Shown piece by piece: positions 40,925 to 53,745 of a stretch of 64,000 bases of DNA. The first letter of the stretch is position 1; the number at the start of each line of letters is the position of its first letter. The stretch comes from Octopus bimaculoides (taxonomy: Eukaryota). The position numbers and the translations under genes were made by a program. Where the stretch lies: NCBI RefSeq assembly GCF_001194135.2, contig NC_068983.1, positions 160,098,254 through 160,162,253 on the forward strand. The letters run 5' to 3'. The notes under the pieces are model-generated. The model was not told where the DNA came from. It saw only the letters and a list, made by a program, of their open reading frames with translations, and made no database searches.

Positions 40925-41380
40925 AACTGTTGGTACGTAAAAAGCACCTTTCAAACATTGGGCCTCACAGAGGCAATGATAAGTGACTGAGATCTTCAGC
41001 GATATGCTGTGCTTGAGAAAACCTGTCAAGCCAAGTGAAATTGTAGTTGTGGTTGATGTTGGTGTTACATAACCGGTACACATGTAGGTGGCGCATAAAA
41101 AGCACCCATTACACTCTTGGAGTGGTTGGCATTAGGAAGGGCACCCAGCCATAGAAACCTTGCCAAATCAGATTGGAACCTGATGTGCCAGCAAAGTGTG
41201 TTCTACATACTAATTTAATCTCAAACGAAGTAGATACATCATGACTTTAACAAGAGGTATTTACTTAACTTCTGTCAATATCTTATAGCAACTTACCAGC
41301 TTCAGTCAAACTGTCTAACCCATGCTGGCATGGAAAACAAATGCTAAATGACGATGATGATGATGATGATGATGATGATG
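40925..41380 (+). mobile_element. RTE 3' end carrying a 115-bp foreign insert
   Basis: Standard tail interrupted at 41184-41298. Confidence 0.8.
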
Positions 41381-42299
41381 GGTTTTGTTTACTTGTGGGT
41401 ATGTTAATGTTAGACCACCTATTTATGCAATAAAAGCAGTCTTATTTCATTAGAATTTCATAAATATTAGTGAAAATAAGTTTTATAGGTTACAAATCAG
41501 AAATTAAAAAAAACATAAAGAGGTAATATGATAAGTTTGTCATGTAATACAAACTGGACAAGAAGGAGTTATATTTCTTATCTTTTACTTGCTTTAATCA
41601 TTAGATTGTGACCAAGCTGGGGCAACACCTTGAAGAATTTTAGTAGAACAAATTGACTCCAGTACTTATTTTTTTAAAGCCTAGTACTTATTTTATCAGT
41701 CTCTTTCTGCTGAATTACTAAGTTATAGTGACACAAACACTGGTTTCAAACCAAGGTGGGGGACAAGCACAGACAGAAACACACGCACACACACACACAT
41801 GACAGGCTTCTTTCAGTTTCTGTCTACCAAATCCACTCACAGTGCTTTAGTTGGCTATAATAAAAGACACTTAACAAAGATATCACACAGTAAGACTGAA
41901 CCTGGAACCATATGGTTGGGAAGCAAGTTTCTTACCAAACAGCTACACCTGTGTCTGTACATCTAGATATCTGATTATCTAAGTCAAATGCATTGGTTTT
42001 AGAAATTCAAAATCATCTTAGTAATTTCTATATCAGTGTAAAGGAAAAGAAAAATTAAAGTGGTACTCCAACATGGCCTTGGTTGTGATGTCTGAAAGAA
42101 ACTAAAGAACATTATGTAAATAGTGGAATCAGTTTGAGTTCAATAAGAATAACGGGAAACAATGTAGGAACGAACTGTCTTTTTAAATGTATTGTTTTGA
42201 TGGACAGAATGGAAACTGAAGGACATACAACTTCAATATGGATGAAGCAGGGGCTTTACTATGTTTATCCAGAGTGTCCTGGGTAGTATAGTAGCAAAC

Positions 42300-42572
42300 A
42301 TCATCATCATCATCATCGTCATCATCGTTTAACGTCCGCTTTCCATGCTAGCATGGGTTGGACGATTTGACTGAGGACTGGTGAAACCAGATGGCAACAC
42401 CAGGCTCCAATCTAAATGCTCTTCCTAACGCCAACCACTCAGAGAGTGTAGTAGGTGCTTTTACGTGTCACCTGCACAAAGGCCAGTCAGGCGATACTGG
42501 CAACGGCCACGCTCGAAATGGTGTCCTTTATGTGCCACCCACACAAGCCAGTCCAGGGGCACTGGCAACGAT
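42300..42572 (-). mobile_element. RTE 3' tail
   Basis: Near-identical to 47480-47790 apart from deletions. Confidence 0.8.
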
Positions 42573-44605
42573 GTAAGTACTAAAAAAATTTAGAAACAAG
42601 AATCAAATTTAATCATATGATATCTGTTCTGATTATTTTTTTTTCTGCAGATGCATAAACTTTTCTACCAATCTAATACATACACACACTTTCAGAATGA
42701 ACAAAATGGCTGTATGATAAGTGAAATAACTCTGATAATTTGTTATTCTGTAAATGCATTGTAGCAAAATACAAATTAAGCAAAGACCTTTTTATGACTT
42801 AATATCATTAATATATTATATGATTTGAATAAAGTGCAAATATAGCCTTCAGTCATATTGGATTTCTTTAGCAAATTATAGTAATAAGCAATACACAGTA
42901 TCTATAGCATAATTTCTTCTTTCTAGGTGTGGTGTGGAGGTATTTTTAGCAAAGTGCAACTGTATGAGAAGTAGTCTCCTAAATGTCTGAGATATATCAA
43001 AATTCAACATTTTCTAATATATATTATTAAGCATCCCTACAGAAAACCTAAGAAGGTAAAAACTAATAGATCAACCAAAGATGTATCAATTTGAAGTAAA
43101 AAGAGAAAATATACAATAGAAACTAGTAGCTGCTATTAGTCTCAGAAGATGCTTGCATGAATGAGAAGAAAATTAATTCTACTTGCAGTGTAAGTCTCTT
43201 ATTCAAATAATAAGCTGTTGGTAAATAAAGGCTTTTGTGCCAGCAAAGTGTGTTCTACATACTAATTTAATCTCAAACGAAGTAGATACATCATGACTTT
43301 AACAAGAGGTAATTACTTAACTTCTGTCAATATCTTATAGCAACTTACCAATCTGTCTTGGAGAGAGAACTCTTCAATACAGATTTATCTGACTTTTGCA
43401 AGGTCACTTTACCAACAACAATTATCATTCATCTTAATCATAAGTCCAGGGTAGATTTCTAATTAGAAAATATATTTTGGTTTTACTTTAGAGACATGAA
43501 ATGAATTTGTTGAACATAAAATGCAAACAAATACAAACTGCAATATCAATTCATGCAGAGTAAGAGGCTTCAGGAAATGCTACATGAAGAATTATAGCTT
43601 AGAATTCTTTGAATCTTTATTACTTTGAAACTTAAGTTAACTGAAACAATCATTTCCCATCAATCTGGCATTCAAGAGATTGGATTAAAAAGAATCAAAA
43701 TTATCTTATGAAATGCTAACCATTAATTATCATTATTTTTATTTGATGGCAGCAGCAAGGACATGGAAATTAAATAACTAATTAACAAAAACATATATGA
43801 GTAAACCAACAAATAGTTTGATGCCAGCAGCAATCAGTAATTTCAAAGTTTTCCTAAATGTAAGATGTTAATTATCAAAAATAGACAGTTCTCAGGGCAT
43901 AATATAATTAAACTAACTAAAAAGAATCGGTTTAAATAACATTTTTTTTTGTATAAAAAATTATTTCAAGTCATTTTAGCGAAGCTGTACTCAAAGCAAG
44001 ACTGGCACATTACAATTATAACCTGAAAAATTCTGCTAATATTAGACAGGAAAATGAGTTGCAGCATGTTAGGGTTTATACAGTTTATACAGTCAAGTGT
44101 TTATAATTTTCTTGAAAGTTTTCATTTTCCTGTTGTATCATTATCCTGTTAAAACCAGTTTGTGTACTAGATACAATAGACATAAACATAATAGGCTGTG
44201 ATGTTATGAAGTTCTTTTCTCAGCCACATAGTTTTTGGTTCAGTCCCACTGCATGGCACCTTGGGCATGTGTTTTCTATTATTGCCCTTGATTGACCAAA
44301 GTCTTGGATGTGGATTCGGTTGGTGAAAACTGAAAGAAACCTGTCATATGTAAATGCATGTGTATATGGGTGTGTATGTTACTGTCCCCCTATTTTGACC
44401 TTGTACCATAGCTGTAATGAGTGTCATCATGATACAAGTGGTGTCCATTGTCTCCAATATTCTATACAAACCAGTACAGGTATGAGGAAATATTATCTTG
44501 CTTGGAAGTAAATGAGGGTTGGTGACACTAAGGGTAATTGGCCATGCAAAATCTGCCTCAACAAATTCCATCTGCTCCATGTAAGCACAGAAAAGGAAAC
44601 GTTAA

Positions 44606-44637
<32 letters not shown>

Positions 44638-45379
44638 ATGGTTAAGATGAAAATTTCACCTGGATATATAATATGACTATGGTAGTACAGAATGTATTTG
44701 TTTCAAACTTTGTTACAAGGCCAGCAGGAATTTTAGGGGAAAGGAGATGATTGATTACATTGACTTCAGTATTTGACTGGTACTTTATTTTATCAACCCC
44801 CAAAAAATGAAAGGCAAGTAGGTGGATGTAGACTCAAAATGGAAAGAGCTGGAACAACATGCTGAAGACTCTGCTAGTTTGCCAGTACAAGTAATCTCCT
44901 CACAAAGTGATTGATTTACCCTACATTCTGTGTTTAAATCTGACCAGGAGTGATTGTGGCTTTCCAACAACTTGAAAGTACAACTTGAGAGTACAAAAAC
45001 TAAGGGCCATTAACCTGCTAATCAACATAATCAGCCAAAAAATTGGTTGTGTAAAAAGAAATCAATATTCATATATTGATAATTGGCTTTTAAACTGGAA
45101 ATAAAAATATCGTGTGCAAAAATAAATTTAAATTTGTTTTCTTTTTATTTACCCTATTTTTGTTCCACTCTTTTGTTTTCGCTTTTTTTTTATTGTTAAT
45201 CTTTCAATTTGCCTTTATGTTAATATTTGGGTAATGTCCAGCCACCCCCACCATCAACATTGCAACAGGAGACAGAATAAAACCTTTACTGAAATAAAGC
45301 TAAAAGATATTGAATGCACAGTAAGATACTGAGAGACAGACATCATTTTAATGTAGTTTTGATTGCTTTAATAACACCT

Positions 45380-45790
45380 AAGTATTGAAGCTGTCTAGAA
45401 TTATGTGGCAACGATCAAATTTGGGATAATACCAGAAATTTTCAACTTCCTGAAAATATCAAATTACATTTGAAACTAGAAGTCCCCCCAAAATTTGACA
45501 CCAAAGGTTTTAATTAAAATGTACCGAACAAGATATGAATATTATTAAAGATGAAGTATAAATTGAAATGGCAGAAAATCTAAAAACCATTCGCAATCAG
45601 ATAATTGCTGTCTTCACTAAGTGTGATGGTAGAAAGCTAGTGTTCAAAGATTAATATAGAAGTTGTAGAGAAATTGATGCAATTATCTGCCATAATGATT
45701 TGATCCTTTTATGCTCGCAGTAAATGTGATAAAATTGCCTCTTCCTCAGATATAGCTGACAACAACAACTTTATTGAATTAACATGCTTG
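45380..45790 (+). mobile_element. Possible Penelope-like RT N-terminal remnant
   Basis: Frameshifted translation FQLPENIKLHLKLEVPKF...DMNIIKDEV.IE...KTIRNQI resembles the pre-RT region of PLEs; weak. Confidence 0.3.
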
Positions 45791-46005
45791 CATCTCTTCT
45801 AACATTTATCTCTAATCTCTACTTGTCAATTATTTTTCAATTACCTTCTTTCAATGCCTCAATTTTTAGAATCTATATAATTTTAGTATTTAAATGCAAA
45901 ATGTGTTATTTCTATTCAGTGCAGTGCAGATATTTGAACCTACACATGCAAATGCATGTTAATGTATGTGTGTGTGTATCTATATCTGTATGTATATATA
46001 TACAT

Positions 46006-46056
<51 letters not shown>

Positions 46057-46860
46057 GATATATACATGGGTCATCTCAGTCTGAATCAGTTCTTATTCAG
46101 TGTTACTACCTTCCAAGACATATCTGAGGACCACATCTCATGCATATATTTCACTCATGCATCACAGTCATACATCTCACTATGGGCATGATTTCTACAC
46201 CTGGCTGCTTTTAGTAACACCAATTGCTTCACAGAAAGTACAAAGTGCATTTTCTCTTGGCACCAGAGCTAATGAGGTTGTCATGCCCTTGACAGTTCTA
46301 TAATGTTTCTATTTGATTTTGCCAACTGTCTTACAGAGTGTGCAGGAGGTATTTTATCATGACACCTACTCTAATGAAGCCACCTTGTAACTCACAAGAC
46401 TATAAAGGCCCCACTATTCTGAAAGAGAAAACAGAGGAGAGGAGGAGGACGACATAAGCTGAGCTGAAGGTGAGATGTTGAGGATGGCTAAAGTATAAGA
46501 GGAGGAACAGCATTATTGGTGTGAGAGGGTAGTAGTGAGAAAAGTAACAAGAGAGACAGTGCTGAGGGTGTGGTGGAAGGGAAACAATAGTGCTAAGTAT
46601 AAGTGGGAGAGAAAGGGGGAAGAGACAATGATAAGGATATTAGAAAGGAGTAAAAGAGGGAAGGTCCTGTACTATTCTATGTTTTATGGCTGAGTATGAG
46701 CTGGTGCTTGATAGAACGTGGGGATTGCTAAGGAAGTAGAGCAGCCATGAGGAGTCAATCAGCGAAGGAAAGAGAGGCAGAAGAGAGTTGCAGAGGCAGG
46801 TAGATGTGGTGGAAGAATGTTACAAGAGTATCTCAGCCACTCTCAGTACCACTGTTTTAA

Positions 46861-47074
46861 CCCTTTAGCATTCAGATTTCTCTGTCAAATGTAATGCCTA
46901 TTTATTCACATTGATAAAACTTTGCCATGCATTACTTTGTAGATTTGAGATTTCATTGATATAATTGTCTAATTTTAGAATAAAATTGTAAAGTAAGTGT
47001 GAGAGATTGGAGCTGGCCAGTTTGAAACAGGTAGATTATTTTGGTTGGATATGGTTGGTTTAGATGCTAAAGCG
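46861..47074. mobile_element. piggyBac-like MITE, 214 bp
   Basis: TTAA|CCCTTTAGCAT...ATGCTAAAGCG|TTAA; TTAA duplication at 46857-46860 and 47075-47078. Confidence 0.8.
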
Positions 47075-47099
47075 TTAAACATTCTCTTTGCTTTTCTTG

Positions 47100-47460
47100 C
47101 CCAAAAGTACAGGTCTTCTCCTGTACAACACGTTGTCAATCAACACAGTCCTTCATTGTCTCCTTTGTGAGATACAGTATCTTGGGATCAATTTCCATCA
47201 CTTTATTGAAAGTCATCTTTGGTTTCCCTCTTTCACAAATTCCATTCCCTTTGAGAATTCAACACTTCTTTACACACATGTCTTCTTCCATAAGCATCAT
47301 ATGGTTGTACTACTGCAATCTTGTGCACTGCATTTTATTCCTCTTATGTTTAGTTTTCTCTCAAACCATTTGTTGTCCAGCATTCATAATGACAATTACT
47401 ACACATTCTGTGGAGCATACTTACTTTATTTCTTCCAAATCTTCCATATCCATAATGCAC
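47100..47460 (-). mobile_element. RTE ORF C-terminal fragment, decayed
   Basis: Minus translation resembles IRC.VQ..RL.WYGH....CVKKC...GRP.KTW...DL of the other RTE pieces. Confidence 0.55.
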
Positions 47461-47479
47461 ATCTTCATCATACTACCAT

Positions 47480-47791
47480 TATATCATCATCATCATCGTT
47501 TAACGTCCGCTTTCCATGCTAGCATGGTTTGGACGATTTGACTGAGGACTGGTGAAACCGGATGGCAACACCAGGCTCCAATCTAATTTGGCAGAGTTTC
47601 TACAGCTGGATGCCCTTCCTAACGCCAACTACTCAGAGAGTGTAGTGGGTGCTTTTACGTGTCACCCGCACGAAAACGGCCACGCTCGAAATGGTGTCTT
47701 TTATGTGCCACCCGCACAAGCCAGTCCAGGGGCACTGGCAACGATCTCACTCGAAAATCCTACGGGAGCCAGTCAGGCGGTACTGGCAACG
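47480..47791 (-). mobile_element. Young RTE 3' tail
   Basis: Reverse complement of the shared tail with CpGs retained; runs into an N gap. Confidence 0.85.
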
Positions 47792-48390
47792 NNNNNNNNN
47801 NNNNNNNNNNNNNNNNNNNNNNNNNNNNNNNNNNNNNNNNNNNNNNNNNNNNNNNNNNNNNNNNNNNNNNNNNNNNNNNNNNNNNNNNNNNNNNNNNNNN
47901 NNNNNNNNNNNNNNNNNNNNNNNNNNNNNNNNNNNNNNNNNNNNNNNNNNNNNNNNNNNNNNNNNNNNNNNNNNNNNNNNNNNNNNNNNNNNNNNNNNNN
48001 NNNNNNNNNNNNNNNNNNNNNNNNNNNNNNNNNNNNNNNNNNNNNNNNNNNNNNNNNNNNNNNNNNNNNNNNNNNNNNNNNNNNNNNNNNNNNNNNNNNN
48101 NNNNNNNNNNNNNNNNNNNNNNNNNNNNNNNNNNNNNNNNNNNNNNNNNTATATATATAGATATATATATATGATAAATAATGGCATTGTGAAGTTCAAC
48201 ACAACCAAAGATTGGGCTCAGTAGTTTGTACCACACTCCACTTAAGTAACCAGTGTAGTATGACATGGATAGGCTTAGAGTATTGAATATGTACATTATT
48301 TTCTAAAAGTAGGTTGCTATGCTTAAGTGAAATCATGATGTGTATGTGTGTGAGTATGTATAGGCATGTGTATGTATATGTGCGTATATA

Positions 48391-48439
<49 letters not shown>

Positions 48440-48445
<6 letters not shown>

Positions 48446-48606
48446 CCTACACTCTATGAGTGGTTGGCGTTAGGAAGGGCATCCAGCTGTAGAAACTCTG
48501 CCAAATTAGATTGGAGCCTGGTGTTGCCATCCGGTTTCACCAGTCCTCAGTCAAATTGTCCAACCCATGCTAAGCATGGAAAGCGGACGTTAAACGATGA
48601 TGATGA
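48440..48606 (+). mobile_element. Young RTE 3' tail
   Basis: Standard tail plus (GAT)n. Confidence 0.85.
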
Positions 48607-48883
48607 TATATATATACATGTAATTAATGTGATGGAAGATGGAAGACACAAGAATCTTTATTATTGATCACTACAATCACTTCAACCCATCTAGCATCGA
48701 TCCCTCATGGATGGGTTACTGCACAACTAGTTTAAATGTAGTCCCCAGTGTAGATGTGTCTTCACGGGTGATTTCAAGTGGTATCTCATTAAAATAAACT
48801 CTGTTTCACACAACCTATTACTGCATGTTTCCTTCTTTCATACCCAACGAAAACTGAGCCAGTGAACATGATTTACCAGCAAG

Positions 48884-49135
48884 CTCAGTCAAATGGGACA
48901 CCACTTGGCTGACTGGTCTGCAGAGCACCTCCGAGACATTAGACTTGACAATGACACCCCGGTCTCATATCATTTCCGCTCTACTGGTCATTCATTACAA
49001 CACTTGTCTGTGTTGAGATTGCCTTTGCACAAGGGCCATCCAGATTCCTGCCTTCACCATGAACAGGAATTAATCTTCTCACTTCACTCCTTTGCACCAC
49101 ATGGGTTCAACTCCCTTCTCCTCTTCATCTGAGTC
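48884..49135 (+). mobile_element. Penelope-like element GIY-YIG endonuclease C-terminal fragment
   Basis: SQMGHHLADWSAEHLRDIR...PVSYHFRSTGHS...EQELIFSLHSFAPHGFN matches the PLE pattern GQT.R.L..RF.EH...PVA.HF...HS...EQ.LIF.L....P.GLN. Confidence 0.85.
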
Positions 49136-49317
49136 CCCTTCTCTCCTCTCTTCATCTGACACCAACTTCTTCTCTTCCCTCCTACCCACCTTCTCCCTTC
49201 ATTGACACCCCCTCCATCTACCCCCACCCCACACATCCCACTGACTAATACACCTGCTTGTTGCTTATACACATGTCTTCGTCTTTTGTTTTTCTGTAAA
49301 TCTTAACTATTTATCTA

Positions 49318-49423
<106 letters not shown>

Positions 49424-49487
49424 ATCCAGTAGTAGTATTATATTTACTTCCAGGTTTGCATCTGGGTTCCTGTCGTGAGTGAATAGA

Positions 49488-49868
49488 TAATTGAAAAAAA
49501 CTTAGAGTCAGCAAGAAGGAGTATGGCTGGACATTTATGTTCAATCACTACAATCGTTTCTACACAATGTAGTTCTCCAGGTGTGCAGGTACATGCTTAT
49601 GCAACCATTTCCCTGCATTATGAAATCTAGTTGTGTTTCCTCAGGTGGTACGTAAATATTAGCTCTGTGAATTGAAATTCTTGGCTTCAAGAGCATCCTC
49701 TCTCAGAGAATCAGTTGAGGAAACAGAACTAGATCCCATAATGCAAGGAAACATTTGCATAATCAAGTACCTGCACATCTGGAAAACTATGTTGCATAGA
49801 AACAATTGTAGTGATTGAAAGTAAACGTCAAACTGTATTCCTTGGTAACTCCAGACTTTTTCAATTAT
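49488..49868. repeat. Inverted pair of ~160-bp PLE pseudo-LTR-like units, each with a hammerhead-like motif
   Basis: 49488-49648 is the diverged reverse complement of ~49708-49868; both carry (C/T)TGAGGA...GAAAC(G/A)ATTGTAGTGATT. Confidence 0.8.
49543..49648 (-). ncRNA. Minimal type I hammerhead-ribozyme-like motif, probably impaired
   Basis: CAC-CTGAGGA-A-ACACAA...TTGTGT-A-GAAAC-GATT-GTA-GTG; stem I 3 bp, stem II 6 bp; A-A mismatch at the first stem II pair. Confidence 0.55.
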
Positions 49869-50675
49869 ATATATATATATATATATATATTTAAAGCAGT
49901 TCAAGGGTCAAGAGTGCATGCATTTGTAACATATAGATGATAAATACCTGTCTGTCTCTTCTGCTCTTCGACATTTTCTTTTGTTTTTCACATCACAGAA
50001 AACAGAACATTATGTTTTTCAGTATTAAGAAACTATTTCATGTATAGTTAAAACCGTTTCCTTTTTTTTTTTTTTTTTGCTTCCTGATATTTTTAATTCA
50101 CCTTGGTCATTACATTAAAATTTTCTGAGATATCAATACATTTTAGATTTACTAAATTTTGACACAAGTTTTAATTTCTATTTTCATTTCCCTACTTATA
50201 GTCCAACTAAAAAATATTCAAATCTGGTGTGATTATTTACTTTTTTGATTTTTGTTCTGAGAATATAAAAAGACCAATAATCAAAAATTGGAATGGTAGT
50301 CTGCTATACAAACTGCAAAACAAGCAGAAATCCAACAGCAATCATAGAAAAATATCAAAAATATAACAATGAAAGTTTTATTCCCAAAATTATTAGAATA
50401 ATTTTGAAATGGTTTAAATAAAAGTTTTAAAAATACAGAAAATTGTAATCATTATTTTTTGCTATAATATTTCAGAATAATTGAGAGTGGAGAAAAACAG
50501 AAAAGTTTTAACATTTTGCAAAGTAGTCTAAAAATGGGAATATGAGACAGTTTTACAATAGATTCCTATTCTAGACGAAAATGATATAAAACTGGAAATA
50601 AAGGTAGTGTTTTTAATTATCAATTAGAATGAGACTAAGAATGTCATGACACTGCTTTTCTTCATCAGGCTTAAT

Positions 50676-50718
<43 letters not shown>

Positions 50719-50773
50719 ATGTATGTGTGTGTGTGCTTATGTGTGTGTGTTTATGTTTGCATGTGTGTGTGCA

Positions 50774-50828
<55 letters not shown>

Positions 50829-51056
50829 ATTCCTGACATGGAAAGATAAACCTGAATTGCTTGTAATAAACTTTCACAACATCTGGCAGTAAAGTATTTC
50901 AAAGTTTGCCGTCTGGTGGGTGTATGTAAGGTGCATTCCTCTCTACAAAGCTGAAAACTGCAATGTTTTAAATGCGCATCATCATCATCCTCATACCAGT
51001 GAGGTTACTTCTTTCCAGTCTCCCATGAAAAACATGTCTTGCCATGGGGAAATATA

Positions 51057-51474
51057 GGCGCAGGAGTGGCTGTATGGTAAATAGCTTGCTTACCAATCAC
51101 CACATGGTTCTGGGTTCAGTCCCACTGCGTGACACCTTGGGTAAGTGTCTTCTACTATTGCCTCGGGCCGACCAAAGCCTTGTGAGTGGATTTGGTTGAC
51201 GGAAACTGAAAGATGTCCGTCGTATATATACATATATATATATATATATGTGTGTGTATATTTGTGTGTCTGTGTTTGTCCCCCGCAACATCGCTTGACA
51301 ACCTATGGTGGTGTGTTTACGTCCCCGTAACTTAGCAGTTCGGCAAAAGAGACCAATAAAATAAGTACTAGGCTTCCAAAGAATAAGTCCTGGGGTCGAT
51401 TTGCTCGACTAAAAGTGGTGCTTCAGCATGGCCACAGTCAAATGACTGAAACAAGTAAAAGAGTAAAAGAGTAT
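51057..51474 (+). mobile_element. tRNA-headed SINE, family B, with internal (TA)n(TG)n
   Basis: Head GCAGGAGTGGCTGT..GGTAA...GGGTTCAGTCCCACTGCG; tail GACTGAAACAAGTAAAAGAGT; full copies also at 55519-55955 and 62603-63040, partial minus copies at ~28620-28860, ~41580-41950, ~56990-57190. Confidence 0.85.
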
Positions 51475-51773
51475 ACCAAGAAACAAGTGAGAGTTGATAA
51501 TAGGAATGGCATCTAGCCATAGAAAAATCAATCTCCAAATTTTGACTGACCCATGCAAGCATGGAAAAATGGACATTGAAATGATGATGATGATGATGAT
51601 GATGATGGTCTAAATATAGGTGCAAGCATGGCTATGTCTTTAAGAATTTCTCTCTCTTTTTAAGTTATTCTAGGTTCAGTCTTACTGCACAGCCTCTTGA
51701 ACAAATGTCTTCTACTATAATACCAGGCCTACCTTGTGAGTGGAATTGAGTAAAAACCCATCAATTATATATG

Positions 51774-51816
<43 letters not shown>

Positions 51817-53365
51817 NNNNNNNNNNNNNNNNNNNNNNNNNNNNNNNNNNNNNNNNNNNNNNNNNNNNNNNNNNNNNNNNNNNNNNNNNNNNNNNNNNNN
51901 NNNNNNNNNNNNNNNNNNNNNNNNNNNNNNNNNNNNNNNNNNNNNNNNNNNNNNNNNNNNNNNNNNNNNNNNNNNNNNNNNNNNNNNNNNNNNNNNNNNN
52001 NNNNNNNNNNNNNNNNNNNNNNNNNNNNNNNNNNNNNNNNNNNNNNNNNNNNNNNNNNNNNNNNNNNNNNNNNNNNNNNNNNNNNNNNNNNNNNNNNNNN
52101 NNNNNNNNNNNNNNNNNNNNNNNNNNNNNNNNNNNNNNNNNNNNNNNTATATATATATATATATATATATATATCATCATCATCATCATCATTTAACATC
52201 CGCTTTCCATGCCAGCATGGGTTAGATGGCTTGACTGGAACTAGTAAGGTGGTGAGCTGCACCAGGTTCCAGTCTGATTTGGCATGGTTTCTATGGCTGG
52301 ATACTCTTCCTAACGCCAACCACTCCAAGAATGTAATGGCTGCCTTTTACATGCCACCAGCATGGATGCTATTTACATGATACCAGTAAAAGCCATGACT
52401 ACTATTTCACAGGTGACATATATGCACACAGATACGTATATGCATAATGTATACATGTATGTACATGTGAGTGTGTGTACGTCTTTGTGTTTGTCACCTC
52501 ACCACTTGACAACTGTTAGCTTGTTTATGTCACCATAAATGGGCAATTTGAGTCAAGGAGACTGGTAGAAACACAAGTATTGTGGTTGTTTTGTTCAACT
52601 AAACCCCATCAAGGTGATGCTTCAGTATGGCTGCAGTCCAGTGACTGAAATGAGTAATAAAATAAAAGAATTGATGTTTAATACATAAATATTGGTTTCG
52701 AATTTTGGCACAGGGTCAGTAATTTTGGAGGAAGTGATAAGTCGATTATATCAACTCCAGTGTTCCATTGGTACTTATTTTATCAATCCCAAAAGGATGA
52801 AAGGTAAAGTCGACCTTTGCAGAATTTCAACTTAGAACATAAAAATGTCACCAAGCATTTTAACAAGTGTGCTAAACTTTACATATAAATATTGGCTTCA
52901 GATTTTGGCACAAAACCAGCAAGTGTGGGTATAGGAATTAAGCTGATCACATTTGTCCCCAGTGATCAAATGGTACTTATTTTTTGGACCCTAAAAGGAT
53001 GAAAGGCAAAGCTGAACTCAGTAAAATTTAAATTCAGAATGTAAAGATTCAGCATTTGGAAGGGCAACCAACCATACAAACTACACTAAATCAGATTGGA
53101 ACCTGGTACAACTCTCCAGCTTACCAGTTTAATTCAAACCGTATAACCCATGCCAGAATGGAAAGCAGACGCTAAATGATGATGCTGATGAGGATGTAAA
53201 GATGGACAATATGTTGCTAAGCATTTTGCCCTGTATGCTAAACTTAACGTATAAATATTAATAACCAAAAAAAAAAAAAACCCAACTCTATGTAAATAAC
53301 TAAGGTAACTCTTTTAGATAGGAAAAATGGGTTTGTTTAATGCTGGTTGTTTATTTCAACTGCGT

Positions 53366-53745
53366 GGAGGCGCAATGTCCCAGTGGTTAGGGCAGCGGAC
53401 TCGCAGTCATAGGATCGCGGTTTCGATTCCCAGACCGGGCGTTGTGAGTGTTTATTGAGCGAAAACACCTAAAGCTCCACGAGGCTCCGACAGGGGATGG
53501 TGGCGAACCCTGCTGTACTCTTCCACCACAACTTTCTCTCACTCTTTCTTCCTGTTTCTGTTGCACCTGTATTTCAAAGGGTCAGCCTTGTCACACTGTC
53601 ACGCTGAATATCCCCGAGAACTACGTTAAGGGTACACGTGTCTGTGGAGTGCTCAGCCACTTGCACGTTAATTTCATGAGCAGGCTGTTCCGTTTATTGG
53701 ATCAACTGGAACCCTTGACATCATAAGTGACGGAGTGCCAACAAC
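53366..53745 (+). mobile_element. tRNA-headed SINE, family A
   Basis: A box TGTCCCAGTGG, B box GTTTCGATTCC; near-identical copy at 55055-55498. Confidence 0.85.

Noticed and set aside
43345-43460. Minus-strand coding exon ending at TG|GTAAGT
   Set aside because: All three frames from the best acceptor contain stops.
53366-53445. Functional tRNA genes at SINE heads
   Set aside because: A and B boxes are present, but they run into repeated SINE bodies and no complete cloverleaf is evident.
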